DNA of 64,000 nucleotides from an uncultured Hormoscilla sp. (GTDB taxonomy: Bacteria; Cyanobacteriota; Cyanobacteriia; Cyanobacteriales; Desertifilaceae): contig OZ001293.3 in assembly GCA_963921275.4 (NCBI GenBank), positions 4,000,001-4,064,000 of the forward strand, written 5' to 3'. The notes under the pieces are model-generated. The model did no database searches and was not told the DNA's origin. It saw only the letters and a program-made list of their open reading frames with translations. Position 1 is the first letter of the stretch. Each line of letters opens with the position of its first letter. The translations under genes and the position numbers were made by a program. Below are positions 8,972-17,700 of this stretch, in pieces.

Positions 8972-11182
8972 ATGGATAGAGCCGCACGCATTGCTAGCAT
9001 AATTGATACGCGCCGCCCCCTGGCTCAGAAAATTGAAGCCGTGGAAGGGAATCTTAACGAGCTGGCCTCATTACTTCGCCAGCTCGAAGATCAGCAAAAT
9101 CGGCTGAGGGCACAGTTGGATGAGGAAAATGCCGCTGAACGCCTCAAGGAAATCGATTTTTCCACTATTGGGCTGAGTATTGTCACTGAGTTGTCAGCCC
9201 TCAGTAAGTTCTGCGCTCGCTTCTCCCGTCAAAATCTTAATCTGGGAGTAGTGGGGATAGCTCGCCAAGGAAAGAGTCGCCTGCTGCGGAGCTTAACCGG
9301 ACTCTCAGCAGGGGAGATTCCTGATGGTGACAAAGGACATTGCACTGGGGTTCGCAGTACAATCTACCAGATGCCCAGCAGTGGTACCTTCGGTATGGTC
9401 GGGTTCTATACAGAGCAATCATTTCTGGATGAGATGATCGCCCCGTATTATGAGAAGCTGAGTTTGGGGGAAAAGCCTCGGACCGTCGAACATTTCGCTC
9501 AACAGCTTCCTCCCCTGCCCAGCAACCTTGCCAGCAACCCTACTTACCAAGCGATGTATGACTACCTGGGCAAGTATCACCAGAATCTGCCCAAGTATCG
9601 CCACCTGCTGGGGGCGACATCGCCCATGAGGATTTCACAAAATCAAATTCGAGAATATGTTGCTCAGGATAACCTGACAGGCGATCGGATCTATTTCAAC
9701 TATCTGGCAGTCCAAAAAGTCAGCATATTTTGCACCTTCCCCAACTCAGATGTCGGCAAGATTGCCTTGGTGGATATGCCGGGTTTGGGGGATACAGGGG
9801 TGGGTGCAGAAGAAAGGCTGATAGAACTTCTGGGGCAAGATGTGGATGTTGTTCTGTTTGTCCGGATGCCGAAGCCCGCTGGAGATGACTGGTTGAAATA
9901 CGATATCGACCTGTACGGAACCGCTAAGAATGCTCTGAAAGACCGTCTGACAATAGACAAGTGGTCTTTCATGATTCTCAATCGCATAGATCCTAGCTCG
10001 GGTAAGGGAGACAATTATCAACAATGCCAATTCTTGGAGGGTAGACTGGCTCAAACACCTATTAAAGTTGTTGAACCTGTAATCATTGCTAACTGCGCCG
10101 ACCCGCAAGAGGCAAACGCAAAGATTCTCGATCGGGTGCTCGACTACCTGGCGACTAACATTGAGGCTTTGGACAAGGAATACGCATCGTCCTGCAAGCA
10201 GGAACTACTGCAACTTCACAATCAGATTACTGTAGAGTTAGACAAAGCGGGTAATGCCTGGAGTCAAATGAGGGCAACTGCCAGTGGTTCGGTAGCAGAA
10301 TTTCGTAGGCTATTCAATCCCTTTTGGGAAGAGATCGCCCTAGAGTTGCTCAACCTGCTTAATGCTTTAAGGAAGGAGAGTGACACCAAAATAGATACGA
10401 TTGTTGCAGAAAAGGTCAATTCTGCGATCCAAGATTGTAAAGACGATCCAGGAATTCCGTCGATTGAAGAGATTGAAAATATGAGGCGGAAGAATAAGGG
10501 ACAAGCAGCTTATGAAAACGTCTTCAACATATACTTGAATCAGATGCGCACCCACCTGTCAAAGAAATTTGCATCAATAGATAGTGGGCTAAAGCAATTG
10601 ATAGAGCAAACAAAATCTCGGGTTACAGAGGTACTGGTTGAAAATGGGCGTCTGGGAGAAATAACAGAAAAACGCGGGTCTGAGTTTATCAACTTCATGG
10701 CAGAGAAAGTGCCGGATGACCAACAGAGATTAAAAAGTGGGTTTCAAATATTATCGAAATTTGACCTTTCATATAGTGTTCTGATTCAGCACCGGATTCG
10801 GCGAGAACTTGATGAGATCACGCCTGACAAAAAAACCCTTAAGCTTGAAAAGGATCCCACGGCAGAGGAAGTCCTAGAGAAGCTTAAGATACTGCATGCA
10901 GAAGTTGTTTATAAATGCGAGCAAGTATTGCAAGGGTTACTCTGGGAGCCGAGTCTAGCTGCCTTTGCCATGGTGGAAGAGTTTGTAGATCAGGTACTTC
11001 TTTCGGAAGATGTAAATGAAGAATGGCAAGACTTTCTAGAGCAGGAGAAAGAAAAGGTATGGCCTGAAAAATACAATCCACATAACGAGCGCAATCAGCT
11101 CCGAACCGAGTGGCTAAACTTAGTGGAAAGAGCCAAGAGTGCTAAGCAAAAATTATTAGAATCAATTCAATTTATGAACTAA
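8972..11182 (+). CDS. Dynamin-like large GTPase
   Basis: G1 GIARQGKS, G2 HCTG, G3 DMPG and G4-like NRID, flanked by long helical regions. Confidence 0.75.
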   Translation: MDRAARIASIIDTRRPLAQKIEAVEGNLNELASLLRQLEDQQNRLRAQLDEENAAERLKEIDFSTIGLSIVTELSALSKFCARFSRQNLNLGVVGIARQGKSRLLRSLTGLSAGEIPDGDKGHCTGVRSTIYQMPSSGTFGMVGFYTEQSFLDEMIAPYYEKLSLGEKPRTVEHFAQQLPPLPSNLASNPTYQAMYDYLGKYHQNLPKYRHLLGATSPMRISQNQIREYVAQDNLTGDRIYFNYLAVQKVSIFCTFPNSDVGKIALVDMPGLGDTGVGAEERLIELLGQDVDVVLFVRMPKPAGDDWLKYDIDLYGTAKNALKDRLTIDKWSFMILNRIDPSSGKGDNYQQCQFLEGRLAQTPIKVVEPVIIANCADPQEANAKILDRVLDYLATNIEALDKEYASSCKQELLQLHNQITVELDKAGNAWSQMRATASGSVAEFRRLFNPFWEEIALELLNLLNALRKESDTKIDTIVAEKVNSAIQDCKDDPGIPSIEEIENMRRKNKGQAAYENVFNIYLNQMRTHLSKKFASIDSGLKQLIEQTKSRVTEVLVENGRLGEITEKRGSEFINFMAEKVPDDQQRLKSGFQILSKFDLSYSVLIQHRIRRELDEITPDKKTLKLEKDPTAEEVLEKLKILHAEVVYKCEQVLQGLLWEPSLAAFAMVEEFVDQVLLSEDVNEEWQDFLEQEKEKVWPEKYNPHNERNQLRTEWLNLVERAKSAKQKLLESIQFMN

Positions 11183-11196
11183 CCAAAGCTGAGGAG

Positions 11197-12186
11197 TTGT
11201 TGATGCCAGAACCAGAACTAAAAATAACCATGCTTGGCCCAAGCGGTGTCGGCAAGACCAGTCTCTTGACAGTTATGTACGATCGGTTTGAGACCACCAT
11301 TGATGAGACCAACCTTAGCCTCGATCCCGATATGGAAACTTTAGGCATCCTTCAAAACTGCCTTGGAGACCTGAAAAGCCTTGTCAGGCAGGGGAATTTT
11401 CAGGCAACAGGAGGTATTCGCGGTACAGAAGAACCAAGAACATTCAAATTTGGTATTGGTAAGCCCGGTCACGATCCAGCTTTTCAACTTTGCTTTCAAG
11501 ATTACCCAGGGGGATGGATCGAGTCTAATCCTCAGAAAAAAGAGTCTGTTCTAGCTTTTATCAAGGAATCTGATGCAGTCGTAATTACGATCGATGCTCC
11601 GGGCCTGATGGAGCCTTATCAACCTTACGAACAAGATAAGTGGAAAAGTAGATGGCATGAGAAAATTAATAAACCCTTAACAATCACAACCTTGTTGAAG
11701 AATGCCTACAGAGGACTAGAGCAGCCCAAGCTAGTGATATTCGCTCTAGTGAGGTGTGAAAAATACATCATGGAAGGAAATTCAGCCGCACTATTGAATC
11801 GCGTCCAGCAGGGATATAAGACATTATTAGTGTTTTTGGGAGCTGAAGCTCTGCGTCAGAATGTAGCTGTAGTAGTTACGCCCGTTCAAACTGTGGGGAG
11901 TGTGATTTTCTCTCGTGTGGAGGTTAGGGATGGTCAGCCTTTTTTCTGGTTTCGCCAAACCGCAAATCCTCAATACAATCCCATCGATAGCGAACAGCCA
12001 CTTCGATACATTTTACGATTTGTGTTAAAAAAATACACGGAGCGCAAGGGATTCTGGGCGTGGCTAGGAAGACTGTTTCGTAAAGATACGCCATTTAAAC
12101 AGGCGGTTGCTGAGATGGCAAAGGGTTGCAAAAATGGTGACGGGTTTGTAGTTCTACAGGGTCAAAACTTACTAAACATTAGATAG
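11197..12186 (+). CDS. TRAFAC-class GTPase-domain protein
   Basis: G1 GPSGVGKT, G2 RGT, G3 DYPG and degenerate G4 VRCE. C-terminal amphipathic FWAWLGRLF. RBS GAGGAG upstream. Confidence 0.75.
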   Translation: MLMPEPELKITMLGPSGVGKTSLLTVMYDRFETTIDETNLSLDPDMETLGILQNCLGDLKSLVRQGNFQATGGIRGTEEPRTFKFGIGKPGHDPAFQLCFQDYPGGWIESNPQKKESVLAFIKESDAVVITIDAPGLMEPYQPYEQDKWKSRWHEKINKPLTITTLLKNAYRGLEQPKLVIFALVRCEKYIMEGNSAALLNRVQQGYKTLLVFLGAEALRQNVAVVVTPVQTVGSVIFSRVEVRDGQPFFWFRQTANPQYNPIDSEQPLRYILRFVLKKYTERKGFWAWLGRLFRKDTPFKQAVAEMAKGCKNGDGFVVLQGQNLLNIR

Positions 12187-12199
12187 CAAGGAGTTAACT

Positions 12200-12946
12200 A
12201 TGAAGATTTACGTTCGCAGTCGCGGGGAATCTCAGGACTACTGCTGGTTGAGCATTACTGAGGAAGGTCAACAACGGGAAGAACATCCCCTAATTGGTCA
12301 AGTGAAGGATTTAATCCAGAGTGAAGCTCATTCAGTGGTTCTAGCAAGGTTTATGGGTAAATTACTGTTGCTGGTTACTGGTGAAGAAAGTTCGCGCACC
12401 GATTCTCGCACTCGTCAGATCCGTAATTCGGTAGCATGGGTGGGAGAAAACTCTGATGAGTCTGTGCTGCGGATGCTGGCAGTACGTGCGTTACGAGGGG
12501 ACTTGAGAGCAGAACTTGACCGCGCCGTGACCTTTGGCGGTGAGGAGGGGTTTCAGGTTTCTTTGCCAGATATTGAGCAATTAGCTTTGACGGACAAACT
12601 AGCAAACTCGCGTCCAGACAGGACGAAGAAGATCGGACGTACTTCACAAGAGTTGAGAGACGAACTAGCGGAGGAACTGGAGAAATACAGGTTGCCGTCA
12701 TCAGAGGGACCGCTGGTGGTTGTCACGGGAATTAAGAAGGCAGAAGTTCTGGAAAATGCTGGAGTTTGGCGAGGTCTATCCAGTTTAGTGGAGGCAGAGG
12801 ATTGGGAAACAATACCGGAGACTGAGACTGAGGCTTTGTCTGGCTACTTGAAGAATCCTCAAAAACTCATCCTATACTTGTTGATGGCTAGTGGCCTGTA
12901 TTTTATATTGTCTGAACTACTGTCTTTTATGCAGAAGCTACAATAA
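12200..12946 (+). CDS. Hypothetical GTPase-associated protein, paralog 1, with a C-terminal TM helix
   Basis: RBS AAGGAG, 13 bp after the GTPase stop. C-terminal hydrophobic LILYLLMASGLYFIL. Confidence 0.7.
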   Translation: MKIYVRSRGESQDYCWLSITEEGQQREEHPLIGQVKDLIQSEAHSVVLARFMGKLLLLVTGEESSRTDSRTRQIRNSVAWVGENSDESVLRMLAVRALRGDLRAELDRAVTFGGEEGFQVSLPDIEQLALTDKLANSRPDRTKKIGRTSQELRDELAEELEKYRLPSSEGPLVVVTGIKKAEVLENAGVWRGLSSLVEAEDWETIPETETEALSGYLKNPQKLILYLLMASGLYFILSELLSFMQKLQ

Positions 12947-13102
12947 CGCCAATGGTCTATAGAATAACCGCTTCTAGAGCTAAAACAATCATAGACGATC
13001 GCCCAAAAGCGGTTGGTGAGTTTGTTTTCTGGGAACATTATGACTTCTAGCAAGTTCAAAAAGTATATCAATCCTTAATGATTAGATAGGAAGGAGTTAA
13101 CT

Positions 13103-14443
13103 ATGAAGATTTACGTTCGCAGTCGCGGAGAATCTCAGGACTACTGCTGGTTGAGCATCACTGAGGGCGGTCAACAACGGGAAGAGCATCCTATGATCGG
13201 TCAAGTGAGGGATTTAATCCAGAGTGAAGTTCCCTCAGTGGTTCTGGCAAGGTTTAATGGTCAATTGCTGTTGCTGGTTACTGGTGAAGAAAGTTCGCGC
13301 ACGGATTTTCGCACCCGTCAGATCCGTAATTCGGTAGCATGGGTGGGTCAAGAATCTGACGAGTCTGTGCTGCGCGCGATCGCGGTGCGTGCCTTAAAGG
13401 GTTCGTTGAGAGAAGAAATTGACCGGGCTGTGAGGTTTGGCGGTTCCGAAGGGTTTCAGGTTTCTTATAAGGATATTAAGCGATTGGCTGAAACAGGTCA
13501 CGCGGGAAATGCAATTCCCGATACAACTCCAAAAATAGCACTGATTTCGCCAACGATGAAAAATCTGTTAGCTGATGAACTCGCTGAATATCGCTTGCCT
13601 CCACATCCAGAAGAAGGATCCCTAGTGGTTGTCACGGGAATTAAGAATAGAGAAACTCTTGAAGCTGCTGGAGTCTGGCGGAGTCTATCAAGTGACGAGA
13701 GGCTTCCAGAGGACTGGGAAGTGATACGCCATTCCAGGTTTCTGAAGTTAAGCAGTTTAATGGATATTGCCAAGCAGGAGAGCTTCAAAAAAATATGTAT
13801 TGGTATTGGTGTATTGGTTTTGATTGTGGGATGGCAATTTGATAACATCAATTCACTATTTTACAAATTTTTATCCAATTCAAATGTTCCCGATACTCCA
13901 ACTCCTGCGCCGACTCCAACTCCTGCGCCGACTCCAACTCCTGCGCCGACTCCAACTCCTGCGCCGACTCCAATCCCTACACTTGATGATATTGGAACGG
14001 TAGATGGCAAAAATAATGATGGCGATATAGCTAAAATAACAATTAGCGAAGATTCAGGAAAAATAAAAGTAATTTTTGAATTAGGGAAAAATACTTCGGC
14101 TTTTGATGAGAATGATTATAAAAATACACGAGACAATCTGATAAATGCGACAGAAGCAGCTAGCAAAAAAGTGGCCGAAGAAATCAGGAAGAGAAATAAT
14201 AAAATTAAACTTCCTATTCAAGGACGTTCCGATCGGAAAGAAGTCCCCGGATTTAAAGCAAATAAATGTGGCGATCTAGTCGAAATAAACTTAGACTTAG
14301 AACCTAAAGTGTTTTTTAATATCGCGCCTCCAAGTGACGCCTGTCCCAGTAGTCAGCCAGAAGATATTAAAGAAAGTTTTGAGAATGCCACGGCGAATGC
14401 CATCAAAGATATTGTGAATCAAATAAAGAAGCAAAAACAATAG
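13103..14443 (+). CDS. Hypothetical GTPase-associated protein, paralog 2: TM helix, Pro/Thr linker and extra C-terminal domain
   Basis: N-terminal ~125 aa nearly identical to 12200..12946. TM ICIGIGVLVLIVGW, then a (PTPTPA)n linker. Confidence 0.7.
   Translation: MKIYVRSRGESQDYCWLSITEGGQQREEHPMIGQVRDLIQSEVPSVVLARFNGQLLLLVTGEESSRTDFRTRQIRNSVAWVGQESDESVLRAIAVRALKGSLREEIDRAVRFGGSEGFQVSYKDIKRLAETGHAGNAIPDTTPKIALISPTMKNLLADELAEYRLPPHPEEGSLVVVTGIKNRETLEAAGVWRSLSSDERLPEDWEVIRHSRFLKLSSLMDIAKQESFKKICIGIGVLVLIVGWQFDNINSLFYKFLSNSNVPDTPTPAPTPTPAPTPTPAPTPTPAPTPIPTLDDIGTVDGKNNDGDIAKITISEDSGKIKVIFELGKNTSAFDENDYKNTRDNLINATEAASKKVAEEIRKRNNKIKLPIQGRSDRKEVPGFKANKCGDLVEINLDLEPKVFFNIAPPSDACPSSQPEDIKESFENATANAIKDIVNQIKKQKQ
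13891..13975 (+). repeat. 18-bp in-frame tandem repeat encoding PTPTPA
   Basis: CCGACTCCAACTCCTGCG repeated about 4 times. Confidence 0.9.
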
Positions 14444-14807
14444 TAATTGCCAGTAGCGGGTGTGGTCACGGGCTGAAATAAGGCTAAACGAATTGCGATC
14501 GCAGTATGGAATACTTTTACTAAAATCATCGAGCCTTGGCGTTGTGAGGTGTCGGGAGAACCGGTGACGGAGTTCTATTTAGGGGATAAGGATGCTAAAA
14601 TTATTTCACCTAATTGCTGGGATAATAAGTAAGACTATTTGTCAAAAAGCCCGCGTTCACAACTCCTTCACTTCGCTGTCAGCCCGCCGGGGGTTCAAAC
14701 CCCCGGCTAATAGCTAAAGTCGGTTAAAACCGACTAAAAACATTGTCTGTTAAGCTTTCAGTCTATGTTTTGTAAACTTTTTATTAGCCTATGGTCTGCG
14801 ATCGTTC

Positions 14808-15090
14808 TCAGCCAGAGACTGCCCACGAGAAAAAAGGCAGTTTACCTAGTTCCCAGGGTCTCCCTGGGAACGATCCTAGAGGCTGAGCCTCGGGTGCCAG
14901 AAGCTGGAGGCAGAGCCTCCCAAGGTTCGTTCCCAGCCAGAGACTGCCCACGAGAAAAACAATAAAAAAGGCAGTTTACCTAGTTCCCAGGGTCTCCCAA
15001 CGCTCCTAGAGGCTGAGCCTCGGGTGCCAGAAGCTGGAGGCAGAGCCTCCCAAGGTTCGTTCCCAGCCAGAGACTGCCCACGAGAAAAAA
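14808..15090. repeat. Tandem duplication of a ~130-bp REP-like element
   Basis: CAGCCAGAGACTGCCCACGAGAAAA occurs three times. The GAGGCTGAGCCTC / GAGGCAGAGCCTC palindromes occur twice. Confidence 0.8.
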
Positions 15091-15119
15091 GTTTTTATTG
15101 AAGAGAAAGTAGTAGAATT

Positions 15120-15443
15120 ATGAGAAAAGTAGAAATCACCGAAGCTGAGGCTCCTTGGGCAGAGTATGTACAAGATAGAGAGCCGATTGTTTTAATCCGT
15201 GATGGTCAGCCGGTTGCGGCATTGGTTCCCATCGAAGGCATCGATTTGGAGACGCTTATGGTGAGGCGGTTAAAGCCGTTGGGGTTAAAATTTCGAGCCT
15301 ATTCCGCTGCACAATTGTACTGTCCCTCTTCCACTGCACCATCGTACTGTCCCTCAGGAAGCTACGCTCCCATGAATCGTAATCCCGATCAAAGCAGGCG
15401 CAGGATAGAGATTCGCTTCGTTCCCCCCGCCTCAGAAAAATAG
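15120..15443 (+). pseudogene. Chimeric remnant: Phd/YefM-like antitoxin N-terminus fused to a ZorB-like C-terminus
   Basis: REPIVLIRDGQPVAALVPI is Phd-like. LGLKFRAYSAAQLY...NRNPDQSRRRIEIRF matches the end of 8009..8836. Confidence 0.7.
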
Positions 15444-15506
15444 GAGCATCTGTGAATTAAGAAACCCGGTTTTTTGGAAAAACCGGGTTTCTGGGATACT
15501 GGCGAA

Positions 15507-15657
15507 TATAGCAGTTCTCAGATTAGTGTGATATGCTGTCGGAGATTGCTTCGGGGGGGGGGATAAATCATAAAGCATAAGCTGCTCGCCTTACTCCCCC
15601 CCTCGCAATGACAAGTTGGTGATTGTTCTGTACCACATCAATTTGAGAAACTCTATA
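15507..15657. mobile_element. MITE with TA-flanked imperfect TIRs, carrying a half REP
   Basis: TATAGCAGTTCTCAGATT ... AATTTGAGAAACTCTATA. Internal GAGATTGCTTC...CCCCTCGCAATGACA. Confidence 0.55.
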
Positions 15658-15787
15658 TGTCCGCAGCCAAAATATGGTATTAGTCGGTTGAAAACCGACT
15701 TTAGCCTCGTTCCCTGGCTCCCGCCAACGCGGGGGTTTGAATCCCCGGCGGGCCATGAAACTAATTTTAATATCGGAGGTTTAGATC

Positions 15788-17434
15788 GTGTCTGACTGGT
15801 GGAAGCTGTTCCCGCCCTACCTGCTAGTTTTGACTGTACTGTTGGTAATCCTACTCACTATAGCTGCTATCTGCCTGCGCATCTCCCTTTACAGTCATCT
15901 GATCTTCCTAGAGTCTCGGGTACTGAGACTGATAAATGACTCCAGTCGGGGGATGCAACCGCAAATTGTGGAAAACCTAGAGCAAAGATTTCGGCAAGCT
16001 AGTAGTAACCTCGAACAGGTGAATACATTGGCTCTGATTTCGGGGATATATAGCAAAGAAAAATTTAAGTTTTTGGGCTTTTCCTGGCCCTGCGTGCAGT
16101 GGAATGAATTTTGCCGCTACTTGCCGAATTTGTTGGTCGCCTTGGGACTGCTAGGCACATTTTTGGGCATCACTTTCAACCTTTTTAATCTGAGTCTGAC
16201 CATTACTCAACTTCAGAGAAATAATGTCACGGACGTGGCTGTATTATTCCAGAAATTACAGTCTTCTCTCCAAGGCATGGGCATTGCTTTTATTACCAGT
16301 TTACTGGCCGTAGCTTGCAGTGCCTTGTTGACAGTGGTAAACTTGCGCTGGAATACCCGTTTAGCCAAGTCTCAACTGATTCTCTCTTTAGAAAATTATC
16401 TGGACAACGTGTTACAACCAACCATTGAGGGTCACGGCAGACTGGATAAAGCTGTTAACCGCATAGTAGAGCAGCAGCATGAGTTTTTGACTAGATTTCA
16501 CGATAATGTTACGGCAGCAATGGAGAGATCCTTGGGCAAGGTGGCAGAACAAATTGCTGCTGGTAATAGAGAAGCTACTGAACTGGCTACTCGAGTATAC
16601 GATCGCTTTAGCAGAGCTGCTGGTACGATCGCTAATGCTGCGGATGAGTTCGATCGGGCGGTGGCGGCCATGGAGGCCACTACAGGGGAATTTGCCCGGG
16701 TGGCTCAAATCTTCGAGCAGAGTCAGTTTGCTCAGAAGTTATCAACTGCGACAATGGGTTTGGCCAAAACCCAAGCAAAGTTCGATCGCTCTACTGTAAG
16801 TTTAGCAGAAACAGTGAAATCCATTGAAAGGACGGGGAAGATAATAGGGAGTGCGAGTCAGCAGTTAGTGAAATTGCTCGGAGAAATTAGCAGTGCCAAT
16901 CAAACTACCGTGCAAGTCTTAGAGTTGCATCAGCAGAATCAGCAGTCTCTAAGTAATATTATTCCTGAATTGCAGCAAACTGTGGAGCGTTTTCAGTCAG
17001 GAATTACAATTATTAACAAAATGCAGTCCCAAATTGTGAATAAAGCTGATAGTATGGAAGGGGTGAAGGTAGAGCTTTTAAACTTGGTGACGACGATGAA
17101 TCGCTATACAGACCAGATCAATCTGGCAATTCAGTATTTGGGTCAGCGCCTGACTAATAATGTCGCGGCAGGTACCAGCAACCAGCAACTGCAAGCCGTG
17201 ACCGCCCAGGTAGATCGGGGGATTCATTATTTGGGCGATCGCCTATTAGCCATGGGGAAGGAAACCAATAGCAGCAACCAGCAATTATTGAAACAGTTGG
17301 AGGCATGTGTCCGGCATCTGGTGGAGGCGAAACAGGAAATATACTGGCTGCGGGAAACCCTAGAACAGCCGGTTAACTTTAAGGATGACGCGAATTTTAT
17401 CAACAAGCTGAGAGCCCAATTGGACAGAAAGTAA
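15788..17434 (+). CDS. Second ZorA/MotA-like protein with a long coiled-coil tail
   Basis: LPNLLVALGLLGTFLGI, LQGMGIAFITSL and LENYLDNV motifs. Colinear paralog of 6488..7972. Confidence 0.8.
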   Translation: MSDWWKLFPPYLLVLTVLLVILLTIAAICLRISLYSHLIFLESRVLRLINDSSRGMQPQIVENLEQRFRQASSNLEQVNTLALISGIYSKEKFKFLGFSWPCVQWNEFCRYLPNLLVALGLLGTFLGITFNLFNLSLTITQLQRNNVTDVAVLFQKLQSSLQGMGIAFITSLLAVACSALLTVVNLRWNTRLAKSQLILSLENYLDNVLQPTIEGHGRLDKAVNRIVEQQHEFLTRFHDNVTAAMERSLGKVAEQIAAGNREATELATRVYDRFSRAAGTIANAADEFDRAVAAMEATTGEFARVAQIFEQSQFAQKLSTATMGLAKTQAKFDRSTVSLAETVKSIERTGKIIGSASQQLVKLLGEISSANQTTVQVLELHQQNQQSLSNIIPELQQTVERFQSGITIINKMQSQIVNKADSMEGVKVELLNLVTTMNRYTDQINLAIQYLGQRLTNNVAAGTSNQQLQAVTAQVDRGIHYLGDRLLAMGKETNSSNQQLLKQLEACVRHLVEAKQEIYWLRETLEQPVNFKDDANFINKLRAQLDRK

Positions 17435-17487
17435 ACAATAATTTTCGGGTATAATGGTACTGAATTAAGTAAAAAAAACTCTAATTT

Positions 17488-17601
17488 GTCATTGCGAGGG
17501 GGGCTCAGAGGGTTTAACTTGTGTTATATATGAGTTAACCTCGGCGATCGCCACAAGGTCGGTTTGGACTTCCCCCACGCTGCGCGAAAAATCGCAATGA
17601 C
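17488..17601. repeat. REP-like palindromic element TGTCATTGCG...CGCAATGACA
   Basis: Terminal inverted repeat. Related copies near 15540-15612, 20776-20938 and 33695-33813. Confidence 0.7.
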
Positions 17602-17700
17602 AGCTTAAGTCAGTGCCATTCATTGTAAAATAGAATGAACGAGCCCCTTGACAATTGCTAGATCTTCTGGCAGAGTAAGAGCAGGCGATGGGATGGAGCA

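Noticed and set aside
12200..14443. Diversity-generating retroelement TR/VR pair
   Set aside because: Differences between the paralogs are not adenine-specific, both copies are coding, and no reverse transcriptase is present.
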